Of a DNA stretch of 64,000 nucleotides, positions 29,187-39,553 are shown piece by piece (position 1 is the first letter of the stretch; every line of letters starts with the position of its first letter). A program made the position numbers and the translations under genes. The notes under the pieces are model-generated. The model was given only the letters and a program-made list of their open reading frames with translations, was not told the origin of the DNA and ran no database searches. Where the stretch lies: contig CAXXET010000003.1 in the NCBI GenBank assembly GCA_963666115.2, positions 32,497 through 96,496 of the forward strand, read 5' to 3'. The DNA comes from Dehalococcoidia bacterium (lineage in GTDB: Bacteria > Chloroflexota > Dehalococcoidia > UBA6926).

Positions 29187-30395
29187 ATGATGCCTATTGA
29201 CCGCCTGCAACTCTCCCGCCAGGTCGGCGAACTCGCCGATTACCTTGACGCCCAACGCGGCGAATTCAGCCGCCGCCTTGCCCGCGCTATGCAAGCTGCC
29301 ACTACACACTCCGAGCCCGACGCCTTCAGCCGATTGACGGACAAACTCGAATCACAGCGTGGCGTCTATTCATGGCTCGTCCCGGGAGTAGCCGAACCGC
29401 TTACAAATACATACGAACCCACTGCCCCGCCCCGCGACTACATCGTGTTGGCAGTTGACGGTTCCCAGATTGAAATAGACCGCGATTCCCCATTCGATGC
29501 CTATTTGATCAACGTGGGGCGAGTATCCATCCGCTACGGCCAATCATCCGATGCTGTCATTGATAGCCAGGCTCACACATACTACAAGCCGGAAGATCTT
29601 GTTCTCGGTGGGCGCCGCCGCCCTGGCCGTGAACATGTAATCGGCTCATCTGTAATTGCCGCCCGCCGCGACACCGCCGAGGTCAGCGCCCTCGCGGATA
29701 TGGCGGAAACGCTACCTGAAAACATTCCCGCCATCGGCCTGCTCGACGGCTCGCTGACACAATGGCGTATCTCAGAAGCGGACAATATCGCCGAACCCGA
29801 ACTCCGCACGCAATATCTCGATGCCCTCTCCCGTCTTGCCGAGGTTTCCAAACAGCGTGACTTTGTAGTCGCCTCCTACATTTCCCGCCCGCGTGCCCGC
29901 GAAGTCGTGAACGCCCTTCGAATTGCGATATGCCCATTCGACACTCCAAATTGCCGCCTATACTGCCAAGACAAGGCAGAAGGAGAACGACCATGTGATG
30001 AAGTCGCCCGCGTGCGTGACCGTGACATATTCGAAGAAGTGCTAAACACGTCAGGAGCGCGTTCGGGCATATTCCGCAGTACGTCCGATGAAATTGCAGG
30101 ATATGGAGATCACATTCCCCATTTCTTCTACATGGCCGCCGAAAATGAGCTTGCCCGTATTGAGCTCCCGCAATGGTCCCTAAGCCAAATCGACCTATTG
30201 CACAGCCTGCTGTGGGACCAAATCCAACTTGGCAACGGCTATCCGCTCGCCCTTGCCGAGGCGCATGAAGAGGCAGTCGTCCGCGCAGACGACCGCGCCC
30301 TTTTCCGCCAGCTATTAGAGGACGAAGCGATACGAAATTCCGCGCCCAACCGCGCGTCTGCAAAGACGACGGCCAAGCGCCAACGTTCGCTATGA
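29187..30395 (+). CDS. nurA: NurA-family nuclease
   Basis: LAVDGSQI, LLDGSL, SYISRP, GYPLALAEAHEEAVV. Confidence 0.88.
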   Translation: MMPIDRLQLSRQVGELADYLDAQRGEFSRRLARAMQAATTHSEPDAFSRLTDKLESQRGVYSWLVPGVAEPLTNTYEPTAPPRDYIVLAVDGSQIEIDRDSPFDAYLINVGRVSIRYGQSSDAVIDSQAHTYYKPEDLVLGGRRRPGREHVIGSSVIAARRDTAEVSALADMAETLPENIPAIGLLDGSLTQWRISEADNIAEPELRTQYLDALSRLAEVSKQRDFVVASYISRPRAREVVNALRIAICPFDTPNCRLYCQDKAEGERPCDEVARVRDRDIFEEVLNTSGARSGIFRSTSDEIAGYGDHIPHFFYMAAENELARIELPQWSLSQIDLLHSLLWDQIQLGNGYPLALAEAHEEAVVRADDRALFRQLLEDEAIRNSAPNRASAKTTAKRQRSL

Positions 30396-30425
30396 TTAAC
30401 GAGCGCCAAGCGATACAATTCCACC

Positions 30426-31064
30426 ATGACAACCAATAATGCCGAACACAACATGAATAGCAGCGTGCAGCTCAGCCGCATCGGCGAGGTCATCGCGGCA
30501 AACACAGGCAGCTTCATAGCAGAAGCCCAACTGCTGCACACGCCCCCCGCGCTGGGGTCGGTCGCCGTAATCGCCGATTCCGGCATAGATACCCTTGCAT
30601 TTGTCACGTCGGCGGAAACAACTCCCAAGGATGCGGGCCGGCGTCCAACGGCGCGGGGCGGCGAATACGAATCCGAAGATGAGTTCTACGAACGGCACCC
30701 TGAAATATCCCGCCTAATTCGTACGACGTTTTCCGCAGTCATCGTCGCGCACCGAGTAGACGGCCAACTCTATGCCTACCTGCCGCCCCGCCCTCCCCGC
30801 CTGCACGCATTCGTATATCCGGGCAGCGTCGACGACATTATCAACTTGGCCGCCGATCCGCTAACACTGCAAAACGTCGCCTCCGCGCGCCCGGACGCCA
30901 CAAATGATTTTCTGCCCGCCGCCATCCGCACGTTGGCAAGCGCAGCAGGCTCCGCGCAAATGCAAGAAAAATATCTAAGAGAAACAGGACGCCGCCTGGT
31001 CCACCTAATGCGCGACGATATACCAGGCTTACAAGCTGTTTTGGCAAAGGTCAGGCCGGCGTGA
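30426..31064 (+). CDS. HAS-barrel domain protein (NurA/HerA associated)
   Basis: RIGEVI, PPALGS.V, YLPPRPPRLHAFV; position between nurA and herA. Confidence 0.72.
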   Translation: MTTNNAEHNMNSSVQLSRIGEVIAANTGSFIAEAQLLHTPPALGSVAVIADSGIDTLAFVTSAETTPKDAGRRPTARGGEYESEDEFYERHPEISRLIRTTFSAVIVAHRVDGQLYAYLPPRPPRLHAFVYPGSVDDIINLAADPLTLQNVASARPDATNDFLPAAIRTLASAAGSAQMQEKYLRETGRRLVHLMRDDIPGLQAVLAKVRPA

Positions 31065-31065
31065 C

Positions 31066-31998
31066 ATGGACATTTCACACATTCGCACCATCCTGGAAAT
31101 CATAAAGCGCGGCAGCTTTTCAGAGGCCGCCTCCGAGCTAAACATCAGCCAGCCCGCCGTCAGCCTCCACGTCCAGCGCCTGGAGCGAGAGCTTGGCGCG
31201 CGCCTGCTGGATCGCGGCGGCCCCCGTATCCGCCTGACCCCGCACGGGGAGGCTTTCGTCCGGCACGCCAAGCGCATCGTGGCGGCGTACACGGAGATGC
31301 GCGAGGACATCGCGCGTCTCGCCCACGACCTCACGGGATCGTTGCGCCTCGCCGCAAGCACCATCCCCGGCGAGTTCCTCCTTCCCGGCCTTTTGGCCGA
31401 TTTTGCCGCCCTCCACCCAAACGTCGCCGTCAACCTTGCGGTGAGTGACACGGAAGCAGTAATTGGTGAGTTGGAGAATGGCACGTGTGATGTGGGCTTC
31501 ACCGGCGCCCCCGCCCGCCGTTCTACGTTGACACAGAAGCCTATCTACAAAGACACACTCGTTCTTGTCGTGCCTGCCGATCATCCATTTGCGCATAACT
31601 CATCAGTTGGCATCGCTGAATTGACTAGCCAGCGGCTAATCGCCCGGGAATCAGGCTCCGGCACAATGGCCTCAATCCGGCGCATCCTCGCCAAATCCGG
31701 CCTTGACGCGCGCCAATGGACGCCTAACGTGATCCTGGGGTCTACGCAAGCTGTAATCAACGGCGTAGAGGCTGGTTTGGGGGTCTCGTTTGTCTCTGCC
31801 CTCGCTGCGCGGCCCGGCATTCAGGCGGGAACAATTGCCGCAGTCGCGCTGAACGGGGTGACTTTGGAGCGAGACCTGTTCATGGTGTACCAGGAAGACC
31901 ACATCACGACACGCCTGTTGGAGGAATTCACGGAATACGCGCAGGGATGGCTTGCCGACGCGGACGCGCGCCTTGCAGGCGGATCGGAGCAGGCATGA
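31066..31998 (+). CDS. LysR-family regulator (selenium-metabolism-associated / CysL-like type)
   Basis: GSFSEAA..ISQPAVS HTH, ASTIPGEFLLP, RESGSGT, LGSTQAV. Confidence 0.88.
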   Translation: MDISHIRTILEIIKRGSFSEAASELNISQPAVSLHVQRLERELGARLLDRGGPRIRLTPHGEAFVRHAKRIVAAYTEMREDIARLAHDLTGSLRLAASTIPGEFLLPGLLADFAALHPNVAVNLAVSDTEAVIGELENGTCDVGFTGAPARRSTLTQKPIYKDTLVLVVPADHPFAHNSSVGIAELTSQRLIARESGSGTMASIRRILAKSGLDARQWTPNVILGSTQAVINGVEAGLGVSFVSALAARPGIQAGTIAAVALNGVTLERDLFMVYQEDHITTRLLEEFTEYAQGWLADADARLAGGSEQA

Positions 31999-33629
31999 CA
32001 ACTAACGGATATAATGATCAGCCTTTGGAGCGTGAGGTCGGTCTGGTTGTCGGCGGTTCGCTCAGCCAGGGCGTGCAGGTCAGGCTGTCGCGCTCCCGAT
32101 CCGTGGAGGATATTGCCGTGGGCGCGTACGTCTCCATAGAGGGGCAGTTCAGCCGCTCATTCGGCATGATCACGGACATACGACTGGAATCCATCGACAG
32201 GTCGGTGGAGACGATGACGCCTGACCTGGAGGACCCGTTCGTTTCGGACGTCCTGGAAGGCACCGCGTACTACGGCATCGTAGATGTGCTCCCTACCCTC
32301 ATCATCGACCCTGCAACCGGAGAATCACGGCCTGTGCGAACAGTTCCGCGCCACTTTTCCCGTGTCGTCGACGCCAACATGGAAGATATTCGCAACGTCT
32401 TTGGTGAGGAGGACGAAACCCATCTCGGCATAGGGCAGCCTCTTGCAATGGAAAACATGGATATCGTCCTTGACCTTAAGAAAGTAGCTGAGCGGTCGGT
32501 TGGTGTCTTTGGAAAGTCCGGCACCGGCAAAACTTTCCTCGTCAGGCAGCTTTTGGCCGGCTTGGTGAAGTCGAGGGAGGCCGCCACGCTGGTCTTTGAC
32601 ATGCACAACGAATACGGTTGGGCCGGCACGGATCGGGAACGCGGGCGGCAAGTTAAGGGACTCAAGCAGCTTTTCGGCAGCCGTATTGTCGTTCTCACAC
32701 TGGACAAGGCGGCCTCCGACCGCCGCGGTGTGCCCACGGATGGTGAAATACGCATTGGCCACAATGAAATCGAGCCGGAGGACATCGAGGCGCTGTCGGA
32801 GGCGCTGGGACTGACGGACGCGGGGCGGCAGTTGCCCTACCGCCTCCACCGCAAATTCGGCAACAAATGGTTTACGGAGTTCCTTGCGCTGGACGGCGAC
32901 GGGATGACCGAACTGCGAAATGAGATCGGTGAGCACGAGGGCACGATGCAAGCTCTCCAACGCCGCCTCCGCGCATTCGACCGCTTTGGTTTCATAACAA
33001 GGGACTCCGGCAGCGGCTCAGTCCGCAGCATCGTTGACTACTTGCAAAAGGGAATGTCCGTCGTCCTGGAGTTTGGGCAATACGGCCGCCATGAACTCGC
33101 ATATATGCTTGCCGCTAATCTTCTAACACGCCGCGTCCATGAGCAATACGTCAACCGCTCCGAGCGGGCCATGGGCGAGGCGAGCGAGGAGCCGGTCCCC
33201 CTCGTTATCGCCATTGAAGAATCCCACAAGTTTCTAAGTCGCAGCGTCGCAAGTCAGGCGATCTTCGGAACGATAGCGCGCGAGGATCGCAAGCACGGCG
33301 TCACGCTCCTTGTTGTTGACCAGCGGCCAGGCAGCATCCATGACGAAGTGCTTTCACAGGTCGGCACAAAACTCGTCTGCCTTTTGGACAGTGAGCGTGA
33401 CGTAGAAGCAATCCTGTCCGGCGTGTCCGAACGTTCCAAGCTGCGCAACGTGCTGGCGCGGCTGGAGAGTCGTCAGCAGGCCCTCCTAATGGGAGACGCC
33501 CTGCCAATGCCCGTCGTCGTCCAAACACGTGAATACGGCACGGCGGAGTCATACGCGGCTTTCTCCATACCGGAGGCATTAGAATCATCCGCAGCGTACG
33601 CGCGTGAGCGGGATTCTCTATTTAATTAG
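31995..33629 (+). CDS. herA: HerA-like ATPase/helicase
   Basis: N-terminal HAS barrel, GKSGTGKT Walker A, FDMHNEYG, IAIEESH Walker B, VDQRP. Confidence 0.88.
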   Translation: MTTNGYNDQPLEREVGLVVGGSLSQGVQVRLSRSRSVEDIAVGAYVSIEGQFSRSFGMITDIRLESIDRSVETMTPDLEDPFVSDVLEGTAYYGIVDVLPTLIIDPATGESRPVRTVPRHFSRVVDANMEDIRNVFGEEDETHLGIGQPLAMENMDIVLDLKKVAERSVGVFGKSGTGKTFLVRQLLAGLVKSREAATLVFDMHNEYGWAGTDRERGRQVKGLKQLFGSRIVVLTLDKAASDRRGVPTDGEIRIGHNEIEPEDIEALSEALGLTDAGRQLPYRLHRKFGNKWFTEFLALDGDGMTELRNEIGEHEGTMQALQRRLRAFDRFGFITRDSGSGSVRSIVDYLQKGMSVVLEFGQYGRHELAYMLAANLLTRRVHEQYVNRSERAMGEASEEPVPLVIAIEESHKFLSRSVASQAIFGTIAREDRKHGVTLLVVDQRPGSIHDEVLSQVGTKLVCLLDSERDVEAILSGVSERSKLRNVLARLESRQQALLMGDALPMPVVVQTREYGTAESYAAFSIPEALESSAAYARERDSLFN

Positions 33630-33647
33630 GCGAGAGGGCGCCCGCGA

Positions 33648-34565
33648 ATGGACATGGAGTTTCAGCTTGCGCCTGGCGCGCCCTATCGTCTTGACCTGAC
33701 CGCATGGGCGCTCAAGCGCCGTGAGGACAATACCTGGGATCGCTGGAACGCGGATACGCAGACCTATAGCCGACTGCTCATGGCTGGCGGCACGCCCGTG
33801 GACGTTTCCGTTGTACAGGCCAGCACACTTGATGACCCGCGCCTCCACGTCAAGGTCGACACGGATGACGGGGCTGTCGCCGGTGTTCGAGAGGCCGTCG
33901 AGCCTATCGTGCGCGGGTTGCTGGGAGTGGACGTCGATCTATCCGTGTTCTATGAGATGGCCATGGCGGATTCCACGTTGGAGCCCCTTGCGCGTAAGCT
34001 GCTGGGCCTGCGCCCGCCACTGTACACTACCCTATTCGAGGCATTAACGAATGCCATCACCTGCCAGCAGATCACGCTGACGGCGGGGCTGCGGATTCTG
34101 GGGCGTTTGGCAGAGGCGTGTGGGGCGCGAATGGGGGGTGTGGTCTCCTTCCCGCTGCCGGAGAACGTGGCGCAGTTGTCCGCGCAGGACTTGATCGGGC
34201 TGGGCTACAGCCGCCAGAAGGCGCGGGCCATGGTTGTGTTGTCCGCCCTGACAGTCCAGGGGGAACTGGATAGGTCGGCCATCACGGGTCTGAACGATGA
34301 CGAGGCGGTGACAAGGCTCCGCCGACTATATGGGGTTGGGCGATGGTCGGCGGAATACGCCCTGCTGCGCGGAGACGGCCGGCTGGGCATCTTTCCGGGC
34401 GATGACGTGGGCGTTCGCAAGCGCCTGGAGGAATGGCTCGGCCTGGAGCAGAGTCTCAATTACGCCGGTGTGCGCCGAATCCTAGAGACGTGGCGTCCAT
34501 TTGGTGGCATGATTTATTTGCACCTGTTAACCGCTTCCCTGGTGGATTCAGGCCGTGTGACGTGA
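33648..34565 (+). CDS. alkA: DNA-3-methyladenine glycosylase II (AlkA family)
   Basis: FEAL..AITCQQI, LYGVGRWSAE HhH, FPGDD, WRPF. Confidence 0.88.
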   Translation: MDMEFQLAPGAPYRLDLTAWALKRREDNTWDRWNADTQTYSRLLMAGGTPVDVSVVQASTLDDPRLHVKVDTDDGAVAGVREAVEPIVRGLLGVDVDLSVFYEMAMADSTLEPLARKLLGLRPPLYTTLFEALTNAITCQQITLTAGLRILGRLAEACGARMGGVVSFPLPENVAQLSAQDLIGLGYSRQKARAMVVLSALTVQGELDRSAITGLNDDEAVTRLRRLYGVGRWSAEYALLRGDGRLGIFPGDDVGVRKRLEEWLGLEQSLNYAGVRRILETWRPFGGMIYLHLLTASLVDSGRVT

Positions 34566-34588
34566 AACGAGGCGATAGAGGCCAGCCA

Positions 34589-35056
34589 ATGCCGCCCACC
34601 GTTCGAACCCTGGCGCTGCGGGAATCGACGGAGATCATCGCTCCGCCGGAGTCCGTTCGCGCAGTCTTTGACGACCTGGAATCGTGGCCAGAATGGAATG
34701 ACGTGTGCCTGGATGCCGCATGGCTGAGCGGCGAGCCGTGGGCAATCGGCTCCGGATTCCACATGACGCTGCGCATGGCGCGCCGCCCCGTTGGATTCAA
34801 TGTTTTCGTCACAGAGTACGGCCAGGATGCAGTGACATGGGAATCGACGGTGATGTCTATCACTGGAACGCGGCGATTCACATTTGAAGAACAGGACGGC
34901 GGTTCCAGAACGCGGGTTGCGGACCAAAAGACCTTTCGCAGCCCCTACTTGCCCGTGCGCATCTTCTACCCCCGCCCCGTCATCCAGGCCATGTCACGGG
35001 GCTGGCTTGCATCTCTCAAAAGACAGGCTGAATCGGTATATGTGGAGTGTGACTAA
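34589..35056 (+). CDS. SRPBCC/polyketide cyclase family protein
   Basis: IIAPPESVRAVFDDLESWPEWN. Confidence 0.75.
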   Translation: MPPTVRTLALRESTEIIAPPESVRAVFDDLESWPEWNDVCLDAAWLSGEPWAIGSGFHMTLRMARRPVGFNVFVTEYGQDAVTWESTVMSITGTRRFTFEEQDGGSRTRVADQKTFRSPYLPVRIFYPRPVIQAMSRGWLASLKRQAESVYVECD

Positions 35057-35511
35057 TGGCACTAGAAGTCAAGCATTTCAACCGAATCGCGGCGCCGCCG
35101 GAGAAGGTATGGGAGCAGTTTGCCGACGTCGCCGGATGGCCAAGCTGGATCCCCACGTTTCGCGGCGCGAACTGGGTCGAAGGCGAGGCATGGAAGGACG
35201 GCTCGCGGCTGCGCATGACAATGGGCATGGGCCCCGCCACGCTGGGCGTGGACGTAACCATCGTGAACGTCGATTTGCCCCACAGCATCGCCTGGACGGG
35301 TCGGCGATTCGGCGTCACCAGCATCCACACCTGGACGTTTACACCGGATCGCGACGGCACGATCATGACATCCGAAGAAGTCTTTGACGGCCCTCCTCCC
35401 CAACTGCTTGGCGTTTCCGGACTGCGCCCAATGATCAGCCGGATTACCGAGGCGTGGATGGACAGCCTCCAGAAGAGGGTGGAGGAAACGCCGGACACCC
35501 CCGATTCCTGA
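35056..35511 (+). CDS. SRPBCC/polyketide cyclase family protein
   Basis: IAAPPEKVWEQFADVAGWPSW, IAWTG. Confidence 0.8.
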   Translation: MALEVKHFNRIAAPPEKVWEQFADVAGWPSWIPTFRGANWVEGEAWKDGSRLRMTMGMGPATLGVDVTIVNVDLPHSIAWTGRRFGVTSIHTWTFTPDRDGTIMTSEEVFDGPPPQLLGVSGLRPMISRITEAWMDSLQKRVEETPDTPDS

Positions 35512-35620
35512 CGTCATCCCCTGCGCCGTGTAGACGCGGCGCGGCGCATTCACTACGATTGATTTGGCCATGTGACTAGCATGGTTGTAGAAAGAACCAA
35601 GTGTACGGGGGGATGACGGT

Positions 35621-36037
35621 ATGGCACGAGAACAGACACGAGAGCTTGCGGTTCGCATTCTGAACTCATACGCGGAACTCGCAAGCACGGCGGTGAACCT
35701 GACCAACGATGACCTCGACAAGGAAGTGCCGGGCTACGGCGGCAGGCCCACGGCCGTGCGCAATCTGCTGTACGGCGCGGCCAACCACAACCGTGAGCAC
35801 GTCAACCACCTCAACAAGATCCTGGACGTGACCGGCCAACCGCCCCTCAATGAGGCCCAGGCCATCCTGGCACAGTCGGCGCAGGCGCTCGGCTTGCTCA
35901 ACGGCGCGCTCCTCCGCGTCGACGACGATTCTCTTGCCCTCTCACACGAGGACATGACCATCAAGGACGTCCTGGAACACATCGCGGGAGCGCTGGACAA
36001 CTTCGTCGAATACGTCGGACAGGCAAATAACTCGTAG
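35621..36037 (+). CDS. DinB-like helical protein
   Basis: HNREH, MTIKDVLEHI. Confidence 0.55.
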   Translation: MAREQTRELAVRILNSYAELASTAVNLTNDDLDKEVPGYGGRPTAVRNLLYGAANHNREHVNHLNKILDVTGQPPLNEAQAILAQSAQALGLLNGALLRVDDDSLALSHEDMTIKDVLEHIAGALDNFVEYVGQANNS

Positions 36038-36046
36038 AGCGCTGCC

Positions 36047-37114
36047 ATGAGCGATTACGTCAGCTACATGGAGGAGCACGGCCACGAACAGCTAATGGTG
36101 TTCGGGGACGCCTCCACGGGCCTCCGCGGCGCAATCGCCATCCACGACACGACGCTCGGCCCGGCGCTGGGCGGCCTTCGCATTTGGCCCCATGCGACCG
36201 AGCAGGACGGCATCATGGACGTGCTGCGCCTTTCGGAGGCCATGACGCTGAAATCTGCCGCCGCCGGGCTTGACCTCGGCGGCGGCAAGGCGATCATCAT
36301 GCGCAATGCCGCCCGCGACAAGACGGAGGCCCTCCTCCGTTCCTTCGGCACGAAGGTGAACTCCCTCAACGGGAAGTACATCACCACGGAGGACGTCGGC
36401 ACCACAACTGCGGACATGCAGTGGGTCGCGCGGGAAACGGGCTACGTCACCGGGCTCCCGCAGGAATCCGGCGGCAGCGGCGACCCCTCTCCCATGACAT
36501 CGTACGGGCTGTACCAGGGCCTGCTGGCCACCGCGCGCTACCTGTGGGGTTCGGACGATCTCAGCGGAATGCGCGTTGTGCTCATGGGCCTGGGAAAGGT
36601 CGGGAATTATCTCCTGCCGTATCTCAAGGGAGAGGGCGCCGTCATCTATGGAACGGACATCGACCAGGAGCGGGTGGAGCGCGCGCAAGATCATTACGGC
36701 CTCATTCCCATCAACCCGGATGAGGTGTTCAACTACGAGTGCGACATCTTCGTGCCCTGCGCCCTCGGCGGCATACTGAACGACGAGACGATCCCGCAGT
36801 TGCGGTGCACAGCCGTGTGCGGCGGCGCGAACAACCAGCTCCTCGAGCCGCGCCACGCGGACGACCTTGCCGCCCGGGACATCCTCTACGCGCCCGATTA
36901 CATCGTCAACGCGGGCGGCGTCATCAACGTGTTCCATGAGATTGGGCGCAGCTACAGCGCTGAAGAGGCGCGCCGCAAGACCGGGCAAATCTACGACACG
37001 TTGACGACGGTGTACGAGAACGCCAAGGCGGAGAGCATTTCCACTGACGAGGCGGCGCGGCGTATCGCCCTCAGCCGCATAGATTCTGTGCGCAAGATAC
37101 GCCGGGCTCGCTGA
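36047..37114 (+). CDS. Leucine dehydrogenase (Glu/Leu/Phe/Val family)
   Basis: IHDTTLGPALGGLR, GGGKA, TEDVGT, GSGDPS, GGANNQL, YAPDYIVNAGG. Confidence 0.92.
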   Translation: MSDYVSYMEEHGHEQLMVFGDASTGLRGAIAIHDTTLGPALGGLRIWPHATEQDGIMDVLRLSEAMTLKSAAAGLDLGGGKAIIMRNAARDKTEALLRSFGTKVNSLNGKYITTEDVGTTTADMQWVARETGYVTGLPQESGGSGDPSPMTSYGLYQGLLATARYLWGSDDLSGMRVVLMGLGKVGNYLLPYLKGEGAVIYGTDIDQERVERAQDHYGLIPINPDEVFNYECDIFVPCALGGILNDETIPQLRCTAVCGGANNQLLEPRHADDLAARDILYAPDYIVNAGGVINVFHEIGRSYSAEEARRKTGQIYDTLTTVYENAKAESISTDEAARRIALSRIDSVRKIRRAR

Positions 37115-37132
37115 ACCCCGGAGGCCGCGCCG

Positions 37133-38494
37133 ATGGATTTCCTGTCGCGTCCCGGCAGGCCGACTCTCATACTTGCCATCGCGCTCACCCTTGCAGCCGC
37201 CGCGTACATCGGGTGGAAAGTCGGCGAATCTCCCAACCAAGCCCTCCAGTTCACCGCCAACGGCCTGAACGTGGGCGCGGTGTATGCCCTCCTCGCGCTC
37301 GGATTCACGCTTGTCTACAGCACGGTCTGGTTCTTCGACCTCTACTACGGCGCGGCGGCGGCAATAGGCGCGTACGGGGTCTTCTATCTCAGGGCCGGAC
37401 AGGCAGCCGATACGGCCTACGATCCTGCAAATATCGGCTTGAACATCGCGCTCGGCGCCGTTGTTGCCGGGGTCGTGGCGTGGGCGCTGCACACCGCATT
37501 TTTCGAGCGCCTGCGGTCCCGCTACCCTGTTCCGCTCGTTCGAGCAGCGTATCTGCTGATTGCGATTGGCGTGGGAGCCTACATTGCGTTCCTGCTCCAG
37601 TACCCGGATGATCTTCACCGGACCGGCGCGCCGCTGATCATGTTCATCAGCGCCGCGGCAATTGGGACGGTTCTCTATTGGGCGCTGGGTCGATTCGCAC
37701 GCGGCTCTGTAGGGTCGGGCCGATGGCCGGTGATTCTCAGCGGCGTGATCGGGCTGGCGATCGGGGCGGCAGCGGCTGCCGCGCTCGTCCAAAGCCCTGG
37801 GTCGCGCCTCTACATCAGTTGGCTGGTTTCCTGCCTCCTTGCCGGAACCGTAAGCCTGGCGCTATATCGCGGCCTCTATGCCTTTATCCTGCTGCGCGCC
37901 CGCTCCACCTTGATCATGCTGGTCGCGACTCTCGGCGTGCTGCTGACGATAACGTCGATTCTCGTGATGACGTTCTCCAATACGACACACCCCTTGCCCG
38001 TCTCATTTGGCAACAACCTGATAACGCTGGGCGGCACGACGTTCAAGGGGTTTGCCCTGTTCGCCGTCGGCAGCGCGTTCGTCGGGTTCGCCTTGCTGTG
38101 GTTCCTGATACACAAGTCGCCGCTTGGCAAGGTGATCCGCGCCATCGGCGACGACGAGCAAGTCGCGCGTGTTGTCGGCATCAACACCACGGCGATCATC
38201 GCAATCGTCTTCTTCATCGGGGCAATGTACGCGGCGTTCGCCGGCATACTCACCGGCCAGGACATCGCGATACAGCCGCGCATGGGTTTGGAGTTGCTGC
38301 TCAAGGGGTGGATCGCCTCGGTGGTTGGAGGCATCGGCAATCTCTACGGCGCGATTCTGGGCGGCTTCCTGTTGGGCGTGGTGGAGCAATTTGGCATCTG
38401 GGACATCGCGGGAGAGTGGCAGGACGGCGTCGCGCTTGTCCTCCTCGTCCTGTTCCTCGCATTCTGGCCGCGGGGAATCATCCCGCGGCGGTAG
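37133..38494 (+). CDS. livH: Branched-chain amino acid ABC permease LivH-like, with an internal extra TM segment
   Basis: YALLALGFTLVY, GKVIRA, VVGGIGNLYGAILGG; 453 aa. Confidence 0.82.
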   Translation: MDFLSRPGRPTLILAIALTLAAAAYIGWKVGESPNQALQFTANGLNVGAVYALLALGFTLVYSTVWFFDLYYGAAAAIGAYGVFYLRAGQAADTAYDPANIGLNIALGAVVAGVVAWALHTAFFERLRSRYPVPLVRAAYLLIAIGVGAYIAFLLQYPDDLHRTGAPLIMFISAAAIGTVLYWALGRFARGSVGSGRWPVILSGVIGLAIGAAAAAALVQSPGSRLYISWLVSCLLAGTVSLALYRGLYAFILLRARSTLIMLVATLGVLLTITSILVMTFSNTTHPLPVSFGNNLITLGGTTFKGFALFAVGSAFVGFALLWFLIHKSPLGKVIRAIGDDEQVARVVGINTTAIIAIVFFIGAMYAAFAGILTGQDIAIQPRMGLELLLKGWIASVVGGIGNLYGAILGGFLLGVVEQFGIWDIAGEWQDGVALVLLVLFLAFWPRGIIPRR

Positions 38495-38503
38495 GCACGA
38501 GCA

Positions 38504-39553
38504 ATGCAGACACGTCAACAGGAAATAGCGCAGGGACTTGCACGACTGCCGCAGGTGGTTTTGTCTTCGCTGCGCAGCCACCTGGAAATCTGGGCGACGG
38601 TCATTGTGCTGTTGGCGGCGGCGTCCTTCATGCTCTCGCGCGGCACGGGATTCTCCATCACCCTGATAACCGTATTCGCCATCTGGGCAATGCTGGCCGT
38701 GAGCTTGAACCTGGTGCTTGGCTACACCGGCCTGCTCTCTGTGGGCCATGTAGGCTTTTACGGAATTGGGGCGTACACGGTGGCTGTGCTGACGGCCAAC
38801 CCGCGCCAGGAGCTGTTGACGGGAGAGATCATCCAGATATTCGCGTGGCCCTTCTTTGCCGCGCTGCCCGTGGCCGTGGCGCTGTGCGGGGTGGTCGCCC
38901 TGGTTGTCGGCGTGGCGTTCAGCCGGTTCCGCGACGATGTCTACGTGCTGGCATCATTCGGTTTCGCCATCATCGCCTACAACGTCTTCGTGAACTGGCA
39001 ATGGGTGACGCGCGGGCCGTTCGGCATTCACCAGATTCCGAAGCCCGTTATCTTCGGATACACGCTGAATGACGACTTCGAGTTCCTGCTGCTATCACTT
39101 GCACTGCTGGCCATCGTGGTCGGCATATCATGGCTCATTGTCACGTCGTCGTTTGGGCGGGTGCTCAAGGCCGTTCGCGAAGACGAAAACGCGATTGAGG
39201 TATTCGGGTATCGCTCATCGCGGTACAAGCTGGCCGTCTGGGTGATTTCGGCGATGATGGCAGGACTGGCGGGGGCGATGCTCGCCTCTTACACCTCCTT
39301 TGTGGACCCCAACTCCTTCATCCTGCTTGAGTCGATCCTGCTTGTCGCCATCGTGATACTTGGCGGGCTGGCCAGCATCTGGGGGTCGTTGCTGGGCGCG
39401 CTGGCGTTCGTCCTGTTGGAAGAGGGAGTCCGCTTTGTGCCGTTCCTGCCACCGGAGCACGTGGGGCAGGCGCGGCAGATCATACTTGGGGTGCTGCTGG
39501 TGCTTCTGATGTTGTTCAGGCCGCAGGGAGTCGCAGGACGGTTCAAGCTATGA
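38504..39553 (+). CDS. livM: Branched-chain amino acid ABC permease LivM-like
   Basis: SLNLVLGYTGLLSVGH, FGRVLKAVRED, ILGGLAS, RPQG. Confidence 0.88.
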   Translation: MQTRQQEIAQGLARLPQVVLSSLRSHLEIWATVIVLLAAASFMLSRGTGFSITLITVFAIWAMLAVSLNLVLGYTGLLSVGHVGFYGIGAYTVAVLTANPRQELLTGEIIQIFAWPFFAALPVAVALCGVVALVVGVAFSRFRDDVYVLASFGFAIIAYNVFVNWQWVTRGPFGIHQIPKPVIFGYTLNDDFEFLLLSLALLAIVVGISWLIVTSSFGRVLKAVREDENAIEVFGYRSSRYKLAVWVISAMMAGLAGAMLASYTSFVDPNSFILLESILLVAIVILGGLASIWGSLLGALAFVLLEEGVRFVPFLPPEHVGQARQIILGVLLVLLMLFRPQGVAGRFKL

